NCBI GenBank assembly: GCA_963707635.1
Contig: OY970173.1
Span: 2,784,001 to 2,848,000 of the forward strand
Source: Candidatus Latescibacterota bacterium
Lineage (GTDB): Bacteria > Krumholzibacteriota > Krumholzibacteriia > WVZY01 > JAKEHA01
Direction of reading: 5' to 3'
DNA: 64,000 nucleotides
Shown: positions 27,252 to 37,890 of the stretch, piece by piece
Layout of the letters: the number at the start of each line of letters is the position of its first letter
Numbering within the stretch: position 1 is the first letter of the stretch
Program-made: the position numbers and the translations under genes
Notes under the pieces: generated by a model
The model's input: the letters and a program-made list of their open reading frames with translations, nothing else
Told to the model about the DNA's origin: nothing
Databases searched by the model: none

Positions 27252-29783
27252 CTACCTCACGAGCGTCATCTTCCTCGCGTCGCTGAATTCGCCAGCGATC
27301 AACCGATAGAAATACACGCCCGAGCCTACCGTCGTTCCGCGATCGTTGCGACCGTCCCATTCGAGCGAGTATGACCCGCCTGGCCTCGATTCGTTCACCA
27401 GCGTGCGTACGGGCGTACCGCTCACGTCATAAACCACCAGCTCCACGTGCTCGCGTGACGCGATTCGATACCGGATGGTCGTCGACGGATTGAATGGGTT
27501 GGGATAGTTCGGCATGAGCTCGTACCGGGGAGGCACCGGTTCCGGGTCCGCCACGCTGTTCGTTATCTCGAACACATCGTCGAGCATTGCGCTGGCACCG
27601 CCCGGGTTGTAGACCACTACATCATAGAATCCATTGATCGCGCCCGTTGTGTTGAACGTCGCGCGAATCCGGTCCTTCCCCAGCCACGTGACCGATGTCG
27701 CCGCGAACGTTGCGTTGCCGCGCACCAACTCGACAGTGCCCGTCCTGGCAAACCCCGCGCCGTCGATTGTCAGAAGAACAGTCGGCACGGAGGTGTTGAC
27801 GGGAGTCACCGTCGCCGGTGCCGGCGGTGGCCAACCGCCCCGCATCGCAGCATTGATGGGATCGCCGCTGCCACTGGTGATGCGAATGCTCACGTGACTC
27901 GGCCCGCCATGTCCATTGCTGGAGGGAGTGCTGGTACCGCTAAACACGGTGCGGTTAGCCTCTCCCGGGTACGGATCTCCTTCATCACCGAGATTTTCGG
28001 CTCGCTCCAGGTTGAACAACCCGTCGGCCTGCTCGACCGCGACCCGGCGCGGGATGTTATTGCTCGCACCCCCCGTCTGGTTCCCGCTGTCAATGTGCCA
28101 GATCACAAGGCCGCCTCCACCCAGCACGTTGACATCCGTGCCGACCGGCTGACGGTTCTCCACCAGGAAGTACTCGATGGGGTTCGTCATGTCCTCCGCC
28201 CATCCATCCTCACGCGTTTCGAAATTCGTGGAATGCGCGACCCCTCCGCCGACCACCGAAATATCATCCAACACGAACGCTCCGCACGTAGTGGCATTGA
28301 CGCCGTCTTCGTCCGACCAATTCGCGTCCGACACAAACATGAACTTGATCGTGTAGGGCGTGCCGGCGATCAGGAAAGGCGTGATGTCCACCACTTCGGT
28401 GCCGGAGCCGGTTCCGTGGTAAGTCGCGAACGTGAAGGTCACGCCTCCCGTGATGACCTGGGCGAGCGTGTAGTCAAAGCTCGGTTCCGTTTCATGGGTA
28501 TACTTGTACGAGAGCGTGACGGTACCGTTGGTGTAGCCGAATTCCTGTGCCAGCGAATGCTTCCACCGGTTTCCGTAGCCAGCGCCAGAAATCCAGTTGC
28601 GCCGTGCCGCTTCGGAGGAGGTCAGCCCGCATCGCATCGAATATTTTCCGCTAATCGCGCAGGTTGCGCTACGGCGCCAGCGTTCGTACATGACGTCGAG
28701 ACGATAGACGTCACGGTTGGTCTCCACGTTGAAGATCGAGAACGGCGTGGGGACCGACGGGACTACGGTGACGTCCACCCACCCGAGCTGTGACTTTGAC
28801 CAGGCGCCCATGTGCGACGGGCTGCTGGCCGTGTACTCGCCTCCGTAACCCATCAGGCACCAGACCCCGACGCCTGCCGACCCGCCATCCGTATCGTACA
28901 GATCGGGGAGGCCGAAGGCGTGTCCGTACTCGTGGCAAGACACACCGATATTCTCGGTGTTCACTCCGCCGCAGGTGAAGGCCGGCTGGATCACGTAGTC
29001 GTCTACGATGATGCTGCCACCGCCGGTGCGCGGATCGTTGGTCACGTGACCCCCGCCGAGACTCGAATGATGAGACCAGATGCCCCCGGGCTGGCCGGTG
29101 CACTCCCCGCCCGGTTTCGCGTGCACGATGGAAACAAAGTCCACGTAGCCGTCGTCGTCACCCGAGTTGGGAATCCCGTCGGGACCGTCGTTGTCATACT
29201 GGCCGAAGTCGATCGCGGCATCATTCGCAGCGACGGTCGTGATGACCAGCTCGTGGACATTCGCAGCCCCACACCGCCCGTTGCATGTGCCCGGACCGGC
29301 GTAGTACGCGTCCGATTCGGGCAGCGTCGTCCAGCCGTAGACGGTGCCGGTGACGTTGAGATCGCCGTATGAAATCTCGCTGTAATACTCCGTCAGCGTG
29401 CGTGGTGAAAAGGGCCCGTCATATAGTTTCGTCTGCACGATCGACACCGGATACGGATCCGCGCCGGTGTTGCTGAACTTCACGCAGAACGTCGGCACAG
29501 CAATCGTGCCTGTGACAGCAAAGCGAGGACGTTCCGCCGCCTGGAGCAGATCACGTTTGTAGAATCCGTGATCCCGGATGAAGCGCTCGCGGTTATCACG
29601 GATGATGCGCGTCTTTTCGATCCATGCGTGCTCGAACTCGAACTGGCCGTTGTTGTCCTTGAGCGACTGACTCACAGAGGGGGAAACCTCCGAGCCCGGT
29701 TCGGGCCGGGAGACTTGCGCGCGGGACGTTGTAATGGCACCGACACCAAGAACCAACGCCAGAATGAGCGGTGCTCGTTGCAT
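27252..29783 (-). CDS. M6 (immune inhibitor A-like) metalloprotease with FlgD-Ig CTD
   Basis: 'CHEYGHAFGLPDLYD', 'WCLMGYG', 'YFLVENRQ', 'NYPNPFNP...RKMTLVR'; signal peptide from MQRAPL. Confidence 0.9.
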   Translation of the reverse strand: MQRAPLILALVLGVGAITTSRAQVSRPEPGSEVSPSVSQSLKDNNGQFEFEHAWIEKTRIIRDNRERFIRDHGFYKRDLLQAAERPRFAVTGTIAVPTFCVKFSNTGADPYPVSIVQTKLYDGPFSPRTLTEYYSEISYGDLNVTGTVYGWTTLPESDAYYAGPGTCNGRCGAANVHELVITTVAANDAAIDFGQYDNDGPDGIPNSGDDDGYVDFVSIVHAKPGGECTGQPGGIWSHHSSLGGGHVTNDPRTGGGSIIVDDYVIQPAFTCGGVNTENIGVSCHEYGHAFGLPDLYDTDGGSAGVGVWCLMGYGGEYTASSPSHMGAWSKSQLGWVDVTVVPSVPTPFSIFNVETNRDVYRLDVMYERWRRSATCAISGKYSMRCGLTSSEAARRNWISGAGYGNRWKHSLAQEFGYTNGTVTLSYKYTHETEPSFDYTLAQVITGGVTFTFATYHGTGSGTEVVDITPFLIAGTPYTIKFMFVSDANWSDEDGVNATTCGAFVLDDISVVGGGVAHSTNFETREDGWAEDMTNPIEYFLVENRQPVGTDVNVLGGGGLVIWHIDSGNQTGGASNNIPRRVAVEQADGLFNLERAENLGDEGDPYPGEANRTVFSGTSTPSSNGHGGPSHVSIRITSGSGDPINAAMRGGWPPPAPATVTPVNTSVPTVLLTIDGAGFARTGTVELVRGNATFAATSVTWLGKDRIRATFNTTGAINGFYDVVVYNPGGASAMLDDVFEITNSVADPEPVPPRYELMPNYPNPFNPSTTIRYRIASREHVELVVYDVSGTPVRTLVNESRPGGSYSLEWDGRNDRGTTVGSGVYFYRLIAGEFSDARKMTLVR

Positions 29784-29805
29784 GGATGCTCGGATCACCT
29801 GCTGC

Positions 29806-30393
29806 TCACTCGTCGCCTTCGTCTCCAAAGTGGGTCGCACGCGGCACTTTTCCCACCAGATCGGCGAACCGATAGGTCTGTGTGAGCCGTGCGAACTCTG
29901 GAGCACCGCGTACCTCGACGTAAAGATGTGCGGCGGGAATCCACGCGTTCTTGGCTCGATACCAACCTTCTCTGCTGGCAGTCGCATTGACAAGAACGCA
30001 TTCGAGCGTCGCGGCCACAACGAGCTCCGCAGGCCATCCAAGTTTCTTCGGGTCGAACCCGGTCAAGTCGATGTGGACACGGACCGTATCCCCAAAAAGG
30101 GCTTGTCCCTGGAAATGATAGGGATCCACCCACGTCTTGATCCCCGCGATGTTGGCTGCATTGCGATTCTCCGGTTTCCCAGCATCGTTCACGACGAAGC
30201 TTTCGTTGCAGGTGTAGTCCACAAGGCGTCCCCACGAGGCAATGTCATCGTATACAACGTACGTCACACGGCTGAGAACGATCCCGTCCTCAACGACGAT
30301 GGGCTGCGCAATCTCGATGGCACGTTCCTCGGAGGCAGACACGGTGCTGGCGATAGCCAGAAGGATCCAAGCGACGAGGGGTCGGGCTAACAT
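29806..30393 (-). CDS. Hypothetical secreted protein
   Basis: Signal-peptide-like 'MLARPLVAWILLAIASTVSA'; co-oriented and 22 bp upstream of the M6 gene. Confidence 0.55.
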   Translation of the reverse strand: MLARPLVAWILLAIASTVSASEERAIEIAQPIVVEDGIVLSRVTYVVYDDIASWGRLVDYTCNESFVVNDAGKPENRNAANIAGIKTWVDPYHFQGQALFGDTVRVHIDLTGFDPKKLGWPAELVVAATLECVLVNATASREGWYRAKNAWIPAAHLYVEVRGAPEFARLTQTYRFADLVGKVPRATHFGDEGDE

Positions 30394-30419
30394 GTGGCTC
30401 ACCAAAACACGAGCAGAAA

Positions 30420-30594
30420 TGGTGGAGGCGGCGGGAATCGAACTTTCAAGAAGATGAAACACTAACCTGATGATGGCGCTCGATTTCGGACGATAAGAAT
30501 TGAAACATCACAGGTTATACGAACGCCGCTTCTCCACCCCAGTCCTCTGCAGTCTACCGGAATCGACCCATGTCATGGAGACATTTTGGAGACG
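30420..30594 (-). mobile_element. att-like junction A: ssrA 3'-end duplicate (24 bp) plus conserved arm, 175 bp
   Basis: TGGTGGAGGCGGCGGGAATCGAAC is identical to ssrA 46533-46556; aligns without gaps to copies B and C; ends CATGGAGACATTTTGGAGACG. Confidence 0.85.
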
Positions 30595-30647
30595 AGAACA
30601 AGATATCGGGCATGCAGGACTTCATCCTCCAGCCTGGGTGCAACGGT

Positions 30648-31379
30648 TCAATTCCGGACGATCTTGCTGAGTTCTGCAAGCGTGGTCGCCCGGTAGCCCA
30701 TCTCATCGAGGCGCGGAAGTACCCGATCGAGAACCTCGATCGTCCGTTTGCGGTTCGGCCGCCCGTCGTGCAGGACGAGGACGGCGCCAGGGCGAACATT
30801 CTCGAGGAACTGTTTGACCGTCAGACCGACACTGGTCCTGAGATCCATCGGGTAGGCCGTGGCCGCCACCGGCGTGTACCCGTTCTTCCGCATGATCCGG
30901 GCGATCCTCTTCGTTATCATGCCGCTTCCCGGACGGCACCAGCGGGGCGATCCGAGAGGCTGGATCAGCCTGTCGGTCCTTTTCAGTTCCTCGAGAAACT
31001 CTTCGTCCGACAGTGACGCGCTCATCCGGTCGGTAAAGAGGTGGTTGGCAAGTTCGTGTCCGTCGGAGCGGATGGATTCGACCAGTTCGGGATGCGCCTC
31101 TGCGTAGGAACCGATGATGAAGAATGTGGCCCTGGTCCGATGCTCGCGCAGCACGCGAAGAATTCCCGGAGTCACCTCGGGATGCGGTGCGTCATCGATG
31201 GTCAGTGCAATCAGGCGTTCCGTGGTGTCGATTCGAAATACAACATCGGGGTCGAGGCTGGATACGCGTGCGAGCAGCCAGTCACTCGGACGTACGAGCG
31301 TCCACGCACCAAGGGCTGCCAGCAGCAGAACCACGCAGGCGATCAGGATGAGGGTCACGTCACTCGCCGTCCACGACAC
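30648..31379 (-). CDS. Polysaccharide deacetylase (NodB/CE4)
   Basis: 'ALTIDDAP', 'ATFFIIG', 'GHELANH', 'RPGSG', 'GAVLVLHDG'. Confidence 0.9.
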   Translation of the reverse strand: MSWTASDVTLILIACVVLLLAALGAWTLVRPSDWLLARVSSLDPDVVFRIDTTERLIALTIDDAPHPEVTPGILRVLREHRTRATFFIIGSYAEAHPELVESIRSDGHELANHLFTDRMSASLSDEEFLEELKRTDRLIQPLGSPRWCRPGSGMITKRIARIMRKNGYTPVAATAYPMDLRTSVGLTVKQFLENVRPGAVLVLHDGRPNRKRTIEVLDRVLPRLDEMGYRATTLAELSKIVRN

Positions 31380-31387
31380 TCACTTGA

Positions 31388-32581
31388 TCAGTAGATGAGG
31401 TGCTCCGATATGCTGCCGTACGGCGTCTGACGGCGGTTGTCGTAGTGGCGCTTGACGATCTGACCATTCTCACGCCGCAACAGACCCACTTCGTCCAGAA
31501 GGCCAGGAGCGTGCGATGGTATCACGGTGTGGTTGCTCATGAGCCAGTGCAGCGCCGCGGGCATGCGAAGGAGGGCCACCGTCCGGTTACCGGCTGCCAG
31601 CGCGGAAAGGAATTCCGGCATGGTCTTGGGTGAGATGCGGATCCGCTGCGGCTCCCCCAGTCCGGCTCGCTCGTGAATGCGCTGATTGGCCCAGTCCACC
31701 GACTGCAGCGCCATCGTGATGCACGACCGCTCCAGCAGCTGGTAGCGGACTTTCCCGTTGAGAATATCCTCGATCGGGTTCTCCGGAACCTCTGCTTTCC
31801 TCGACTCCTTGGCCAGAGTCTCCCAGTCCTCGAGTTCCGCAGCCGGATAGCCATCAGGCATCTTGCGGCCCTCCTTTATATGTTCTTCCATGATGCTCAG
31901 GGTCGTCTGCCGCGAGACGGCATCAGCGAGAACGAGACTCACATACAACAGCTCGTTCTTCGCATTCTCAACATCGGGCAGGTTCAGAGGGTAGCAATGC
32001 CAGGGGCGGTCGAGTACGGCGTCGGCCACGCAGCGCACCGGACCCGCAAAGCACCTTGGGGTCAGTGCATACGTCGACGGATCCAAGCCCGCCACGGGGT
32101 CGAATGACGAAAGCGGCGGTCGCCACGCCTCCCAGCTCACGACGATGTCGTCGAGGACGGAATCGTTGGTGAAGGGCTGCCCGTCCGCTCCCAGCACGAT
32201 CGGACGACGGTCCTCTCGGAAGGTGAAGCGTAGCATCCCGTGCCCCCCGGGCGATTCTCGGCCGGCAACCTTCGATATCACCATGACGAACTCGACGGAC
32301 TCGACGGATTCCGCCCAGACCTTGACCGTACTGAGAAGGGTGATCCCTTCCACCGGATTGTTGAGAACGTTGACGTTTCGAACCAGATAGTAATGTTCGG
32401 AACCAAAACCGGCCGACGAGGAGAGCCAACTGACGAACAGGGGCGCCATCGCCGCGGAAAGCCCGCTTGGGAGCTCGTCCTGCTGGGTTCTCACGCGAAG
32501 GACCGGACTGTAGGTGCGCTGCCACTTGAGAATATCGGCAGCAGTAACCACGCGACGTTTACTCGACGGCATTGTCATCAT
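31388..32581 (-). CDS. Hypothetical protein
   Basis: 397-aa ORF tightly packed between FtsH and the deacetylase; no family recognised. Confidence 0.7.
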   Translation of the reverse strand: MMTMPSSKRRVVTAADILKWQRTYSPVLRVRTQQDELPSGLSAAMAPLFVSWLSSSAGFGSEHYYLVRNVNVLNNPVEGITLLSTVKVWAESVESVEFVMVISKVAGRESPGGHGMLRFTFREDRRPIVLGADGQPFTNDSVLDDIVVSWEAWRPPLSSFDPVAGLDPSTYALTPRCFAGPVRCVADAVLDRPWHCYPLNLPDVENAKNELLYVSLVLADAVSRQTTLSIMEEHIKEGRKMPDGYPAAELEDWETLAKESRKAEVPENPIEDILNGKVRYQLLERSCITMALQSVDWANQRIHERAGLGEPQRIRISPKTMPEFLSALAAGNRTVALLRMPAALHWLMSNHTVIPSHAPGLLDEVGLLRRENGQIVKRHYDNRRQTPYGSISEHLIY

Positions 32582-32582
32582 C

Positions 32583-34580
32583 CTAGCTCGCGCGCCGTGT
32601 TTCGGTTCCCGCTTGCGGCGCGAATCCGGTCACCTTCAGAATCTCCGGTTCATCCAGCGTCTCCTGCGCGAGCAGAGCCGTTACCAGCCTGTCGAGCTGC
32701 TGGCGATGCTGGACGAGCAGGCGCGTTGCTTCTTCGTGGCATTCGGAGATGATGCGCTGCACCTCCGCATCGATGAGCCGCGCGGTGGCGTCGCTGATGG
32801 GCTTCTCGCCCATGTACGCCGGAGACCCGCCAAGGTACGGATTGCCGGCGGGCGCCAGCTGTACCAAGCCCAGCTGATCGCTCATTCCCCAGCGCGTCAC
32901 CATCATGCGCGTGATGTTGGTTGCCTGCTCGATGTCGTTCTCGGCGCCGGTGGTCCGGCTGCCGTACACGACTTCCTCGGCGGCGCGTCCGCCCAGCGTC
33001 CCGACGATACGCCCGCGCAGATACGACTCCGGATAGTTGTAGCGGTCGCTGATCGGCTGCTGGTACGTAACACCGAGCGCCTGGCCGCGCGGCACGATCG
33101 AGACGCGTTTCACCGGATCGGCCCCGGGAGTCACCAGCCCGAGGATGGTGTGCCCTCCTTCGTGGTAGGCGATGCGCTTGCGGTCTTCGCTGCTCAGCAC
33201 GAGTGGACGCGTGGGGCCCAGGATGATCTTTTCCAGCGCGTCGAAGAAGTCTTTCATGTGCACGTTGTCCTGGCCGCGGCGCGCGGCCTGCAGCGCCGCC
33301 TCGTTCACGAGATTCTTGATGTCTGCTCCGGAGAGCCCGGTCGTTGCTCCGGCGATCTCGGCCAGATCGACGTCAGTCGCCAGCGGCACCTTGCGCGTGT
33401 GTACTTTGAAGATTGCCTCGCGCCCTGTCTTGTCGGGAAGGTTGACGACCACGCGCCGGTCGAACCGGCCCGCGCGCAGCAGCGCCTTGTCCAGCGTATC
33501 CGGCTGGTTGGTCGCGGCGAGGACGATCACGCCTTCTCTGCTCGAAAAGCCGTCCATCTCGGAGAGGATTTGCTGCAGCGTTTGCTCCTGCTCGCCGACG
33601 CCGCCCATCACAACGGGACCACGCGCGCGACCAACCGCGTCGATCTCGTCGATGAAGATGATGGCGGGCGCGTGCTCGCGCGCCTGCCTGAACAGATCGC
33701 GCACGCGCGCAGCACCCACCCCGACGATCATCTCCACGAACTCGGAGGCACTCATGGAGAAGAATGGAACACCTGCCTCTCCCGCCACCGCCTTCGCAAG
33801 CAGGGTCTTCCCCGTGCCGGGCGCGCCGACGAGGAGTACCCCTTTCGGAGCGGTTCCGCCCAGGCGCGTGTATTTCTCCGGCGCCTTGAGGAAATCGACG
33901 ATCTCGACCAATTCGTTCTCGGCTTCGTCGATTCCCGCAACGTCGTCGAATGTCACTTTCGTGTCCGTGCTGGTGTCATATCGGCGAGCCTTGCTCGCGC
34001 CCAGACCCATGACGCCGCCCGCGCCGCCCTGGCGGCGGAGCATCCACGCGTAGAACGCGACTATCAGAATGGCCGGTCCGAACCCCAGGAGCATTGACAG
34101 CAACGGGTTGCCCTTTTGTATGGGCTCTGCGCTGATCTCCACGTCGTGGTCGATCAACAACGCCTCGAACCCAGGGTCCACGAAAGAAGGAAGCGTGGTC
34201 TTGAAATTGCGGCTCGCTCGTGCGCCACCGCCCCATGGCCGGTCCGGAGCAGCGCGGCTCGAATCCGCAGGAGGATAGGTCACCGGTTCTCGGAACCGGC
34301 CCTGGATGATCTCGCCTTTGCTGAAGACCTCTTCGACGTTGTCGCGCGCTACCTGCGTTTTGAAGAATGTGTAGGGAACCGTGGTGGCCGGTTCGGCACC
34401 AAGGAACACGCGCATCACGACGTAGTTGATGATCAGAAGGACCAGGAACGTGAGCCAGACTCGGCGCGGCGGCAGGCGTGGGCCGTCGCCCGACGAACCA
34501 CGCGGCCCGGTCCCCGGGGCTCCACCGCGGCGCGTGATGGCAGGGCGCTGGCGTTGTTGGTCCTGATTAACGGTTTCCAT
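32583..34580 (-). CDS. ftsH: ATP-dependent zinc metalloprotease FtsH (probably an accessory paralog)
   Basis: 2 TMs, Walker A 'GAPGTGKT', Walker B 'IIFIDEID', SRH '[10 protein letters not shown]', zinc motif 'HEGGH'; AGGAG RBS. Confidence 0.95.
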   Translation of the reverse strand: METVNQDQQRQRPAITRRGGAPGTGPRGSSGDGPRLPPRRVWLTFLVLLIINYVVMRVFLGAEPATTVPYTFFKTQVARDNVEEVFSKGEIIQGRFREPVTYPPADSSRAAPDRPWGGGARASRNFKTTLPSFVDPGFEALLIDHDVEISAEPIQKGNPLLSMLLGFGPAILIVAFYAWMLRRQGGAGGVMGLGASKARRYDTSTDTKVTFDDVAGIDEAENELVEIVDFLKAPEKYTRLGGTAPKGVLLVGAPGTGKTLLAKAVAGEAGVPFFSMSASEFVEMIVGVGAARVRDLFRQAREHAPAIIFIDEIDAVGRARGPVVMGGVGEQEQTLQQILSEMDGFSSREGVIVLAATNQPDTLDKALLRAGRFDRRVVVNLPDKTGREAIFKVHTRKVPLATDVDLAEIAGATTGLSGADIKNLVNEAALQAARRGQDNVHMKDFFDALEKIILGPTRPLVLSSEDRKRIAYHEGGHTILGLVTPGADPVKRVSIVPRGQALGVTYQQPISDRYNYPESYLRGRIVGTLGGRAAEEVVYGSRTTGAENDIEQATNITRMMVTRWGMSDQLGLVQLAPAGNPYLGGSPAYMGEKPISDATARLIDAEVQRIISECHEEATRLLVQHRQQLDRLVTALLAQETLDEPEILKVTGFAPQAGTETRRAS

Positions 34581-34678
34581 AATCACTCCTGTGCACCCGG
34601 CACTGTGAATCCCACCGCGTTCCTGCAATTCACCAGGCATGGCGACATCTTGGAGACGACCGCGACATCCAATCCATC

Positions 34679-35440
34679 TCAGCCCGCGTTGCGCGGTTTG
34701 GCCGCCCACTCGGATTTCTTGCCTTGCATGCCGGGAGGCAGCGCGAGCCCGACGCGGTGGCGTGCGAAAGTGTCATCGCGATCGAGGTGGGCGAGCATGA
34801 GCGCGGCCGCATCGGAGTACGGAACGATCATCTGTGGGATCCAGCTCGCAAAGATCGGTAGCAGCAACGGGTCGGGGAGCGCGTGAGCATCGACGGGAAC
34901 CTCGACCGGCAGTGTATCCACCGCAATCCGCAGCCGGTTCAGGCCCAGAGCCGGCTCCTCTACCATTGGCCCCGGACACAGCAGGCGCCAGTCCAGGCCC
35001 GACCGACTGAGACGTTCGAAATTGACTCGGTGCGGCCAGTACGTGGACTCGACTTTGGGCAGGTCCACTCCTTTGCGACCGGAAGGGCCGATGTCCAGGA
35101 TCGCCGCCCCCGCGAGGAACCAGCATACCGGTTGCGCGGGAGCCGGAAGTGACTCGACGGCGGTTACGAGACGGTCGACGAGGTCAACGAAGGTTTGACC
35201 CTCCGTGACCATGCCGGCGCAATTTATGAGCGCATCGTGTCCGCTGATGAGCGCTGCGATGTCAACGGGCGCGACTGTGGAGAGATCGCCCTGGTGCACT
35301 GCGACTTGAGCCTGAGCCTCGAGCGGCAGCCTGGAAGGGGTGCGGACGGAAACGGTGACCTCGTGCCCGGCGGCCAACGCCAGGCGAAGCACGTGGCTAC
35401 CCAGGGATCCCGTTGCACCAAAGATAACGAGACGAGACAC
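34679..35440 (-). CDS. NAD(P)H-binding protein (flavin reductase/NmrA-like)
   Basis: 'LVIFGATGSLG', 'GHEVT', 'LDWRLLCPG'; GTG start. Confidence 0.82.
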   Translation of the reverse strand: MSRLVIFGATGSLGSHVLRLALAAGHEVTVSVRTPSRLPLEAQAQVAVHQGDLSTVAPVDIAALISGHDALINCAGMVTEGQTFVDLVDRLVTAVESLPAPAQPVCWFLAGAAILDIGPSGRKGVDLPKVESTYWPHRVNFERLSRSGLDWRLLCPGPMVEEPALGLNRLRIAVDTLPVEVPVDAHALPDPLLLPIFASWIPQMIVPYSDAAALMLAHLDRDDTFARHRVGLALPPGMQGKKSEWAAKPRNAG

Positions 35441-35463
35441 TTTCGATCCTCCCGGCACCGCGC

Positions 35464-37164
35464 CTACGGGTTGATCTCGAACCGCACAGACCGGAACGAG
35501 CCGATACCGTGATCGCTCTTGTAGACCGCCACACCGAAGATGAGCCCGGCGTCGAGGCGGTACGTATTCTGAGTCCACCCCTGGTACCCGGTCAGACGCC
35601 GTTCGCCATCGATCCACAGGTCGGCAGTCTTCAGCGCCGGGTCATAGATGATCTCGTATCGGTGATAGCCGCCAACGGGACTCTGCATGAAGTCCATACC
35701 CCGAAACTCGGGAACGACCTGCGTGGGCAGGCGTACGATCTCCCGGTCGCCGTCCACAAATACCTGGACGGGAAATCCGAGGCCGCCACCACCGAATTCG
35801 GCCGCCGCATAGGCCGCACCCGCTTCTGCCCTCAGCACGGCAGTCAGCTTCCAACCCCGATCCATCGCGCGCCGCGTCTCCGAGCTGGTGAAGGGATGGA
35901 AGTACAGCCCCCGACTGGGCGTCTCAAGGCGCCAGCCATCGTAGCCCGTGTGTGTCGGATTCTCGGTGACGCCAGTTCGCACCACTTCTTCGCGCACCTC
36001 GAAGCCCTCGGTGAGTGGGTCGAAGGCACCCACCTTCTCCACGATTCGGACCGGCTCCGCCCGGTCGCGCAGGATCGTCCTCTCGATGGCCGCTGCGGCG
36101 GCAAGGGCGATCGCCAACAGCGCGACGCCCACGGCGGCGCGGCGCACGCGCCGGCGCCCCGGCCCGAGCGTACCGGCCAGCGACTCGCTCCAGGCCTGAA
36201 CGTCGGTGGGCCGCTCCTCCACCCGAAAAGCCAGCGCCGACTCCAGCGCCGCCCGGGTCTCGCGGCCCGTCGATGCGGGCAGCGCACGAACGTGCGGATA
36301 CCCGCCGAGCATCTCACAGGCCACCAGCGCCATTGCATAGACATCGGAAGCGATCGAGTGTTTGCCTTCGAACTGCTCCGGCGCCATGTAGCGTACCGTT
36401 CCGGCGATCAGCACCGCCGTCGTTTCGGGTTCCAAATCCGAGCGGTCGATCTTAGCGATCCCGAAATCGATGAGTCGCACGATGTCAGCGCCGTCGTTGC
36501 GTGGCTGCAACATGATGTTCCCCGGCTTCAGGTCCCGGTGCGCAACGCCGGCGGTGTGCGCCGCGCCAAGGGCGCTCCCCATCTGCCGCAGGATTTCGGC
36601 CGCACGCGCTGGCGGAATGGGCCCCTGTGACAACAGCTCGCTCAGGCTCACGCCTGGAACGTACTGGATTACCAGAAAAGGCGAGCCGTCCTCGAGCTCG
36701 CCGACGTCCAAGATGCCCACGACCCCCGAATGATCGATTCGCGCGAGCGCATGCATCTCCTGCTCGAAGCGCGCTTTCAGCCAGTGGGACCGGCGCCCTT
36801 CGACACGCATCACCTTGATCACGACCGGACGCATCGCCAGGTGCTGGTCATGCGCCAGGTAGACCAGCGCCTGCCCGCCCGTGGCGAGCTCCCGGTCGAT
36901 GCGGTAGCGATTCCCCAACACCTGACCGCTGGTCAGACGTGCGGCGCTCGTCAGACCCTCCACGACCGATTGCCCGAGAGGTGACCAGGGAGGATCCTCG
37001 AGAAATCCGTCATCCGGCGTGTCCCCCGAAAGCAGTGCCTCCACCTCCGCCCGCAGCGCGCCGTCGCCTTCGCAGGCCAGGGTCAGGAACGAATCTCGTT
37101 CGTCGCCGTCCAGCGCTCTCGCCGCCGTGAAGAGAGACGAGATCCGCTCCCACCGATCGTTCAC
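35464..37164 (-). CDS. Hanks-type Ser/Thr protein kinase with TM and extracellular domain
   Basis: 'WERISSLF...LRAEVEALL' N-terminus typical of ECF-associated kinases; 'VVIK', 'HRDLKPGN', 'DFG', 'YMAPE'. Confidence 0.92.
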   Translation of the reverse strand: MNDRWERISSLFTAARALDGDERDSFLTLACEGDGALRAEVEALLSGDTPDDGFLEDPPWSPLGQSVVEGLTSAARLTSGQVLGNRYRIDRELATGGQALVYLAHDQHLAMRPVVIKVMRVEGRRSHWLKARFEQEMHALARIDHSGVVGILDVGELEDGSPFLVIQYVPGVSLSELLSQGPIPPARAAEILRQMGSALGAAHTAGVAHRDLKPGNIMLQPRNDGADIVRLIDFGIAKIDRSDLEPETTAVLIAGTVRYMAPEQFEGKHSIASDVYAMALVACEMLGGYPHVRALPASTGRETRAALESALAFRVEERPTDVQAWSESLAGTLGPGRRRVRRAAVGVALLAIALAAAAAIERTILRDRAEPVRIVEKVGAFDPLTEGFEVREEVVRTGVTENPTHTGYDGWRLETPSRGLYFHPFTSSETRRAMDRGWKLTAVLRAEAGAAYAAAEFGGGGLGFPVQVFVDGDREIVRLPTQVVPEFRGMDFMQSPVGGYHRYEIIYDPALKTADLWIDGERRLTGYQGWTQNTYRLDAGLIFGVAVYKSDHGIGSFRSVRFEINP

Positions 37165-37172
37165 GCCTGCGC

Positions 37173-37739
37173 TCAAGCCTTCAGCCTCGCATGGAGCCAG
37201 GACCGCGCAATGGCCCAATCCCGGTCCACGGTTCTGGGGTTCACTCCAAGAGCGCTCGCCACTTCGGGCACACTGAGTCCCGCAAAATAGCGCAACTCCA
37301 CGACACGAGCCTGGCGGGGTGAGAGCTTCTCGAGATCCGAGAGCGCTTCGTCCAGGTCCAGCAGCTCCACCGACTGCTCCTGACTGAGGCTCAAAGCGTG
37401 ATCGAGCGAAAGCGCGGTTTGCTCACCCTCGCGCTTCTGTGCCTGCCGGTGGCGCGCGTGATCGATCAGGATCCTCCGCATGATGTTGGCGGCGGCGGCG
37501 TAGAAATGTGCCCGGTTCTCCCACGTGTGGTGTTCGTGGGCCACCAGCCGCATGTACGCCTCGTGCACCAGAGCGGTGGGCTGCAGATCGCGACCGGGAC
37601 GTTCGTGACGGAGCCGGGCTCGTGCCAGGTTTTTCAACTCGGGGTAGATCAGATCCATCAGTCGGGACGCGGCGGCGCCGTCACCCGGCCGAAACTCGCG
37701 CAGGAGAAGCGTCACCTGGGTGGCCCGTTCGCTGGTCAT
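37173..37739 (-). CDS. ECF sigma factor, kinase-associated type (TIGR02999-like)
   Basis: 'VTLLL', 'LQPTALVHEAYMRL', 'NRAHFYAAAANIMRRILIDHAR', 'TVDRDWAIARSWL'. Confidence 0.92.
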   Translation of the reverse strand: MTSERATQVTLLLREFRPGDGAAASRLMDLIYPELKNLARARLRHERPGRDLQPTALVHEAYMRLVAHEHHTWENRAHFYAAAANIMRRILIDHARHRQAQKREGEQTALSLDHALSLSQEQSVELLDLDEALSDLEKLSPRQARVVELRYFAGLSVPEVASALGVNPRTVDRDWAIARSWLHARLKA

Positions 37740-37890
37740 TGCCTGCCTCCCGTTTTCTTTTGACCCCAACAAGATAGCACGCGACCCCGCAGGATGTCGC
37801 GATTGCCTCCGCTGTCACGCCATGAAGGGTCGAGGGGTGAAGTGAAACAGGCCAAGTTGTCCGAAATGGACGGAGTGGAAGGAGACACAC

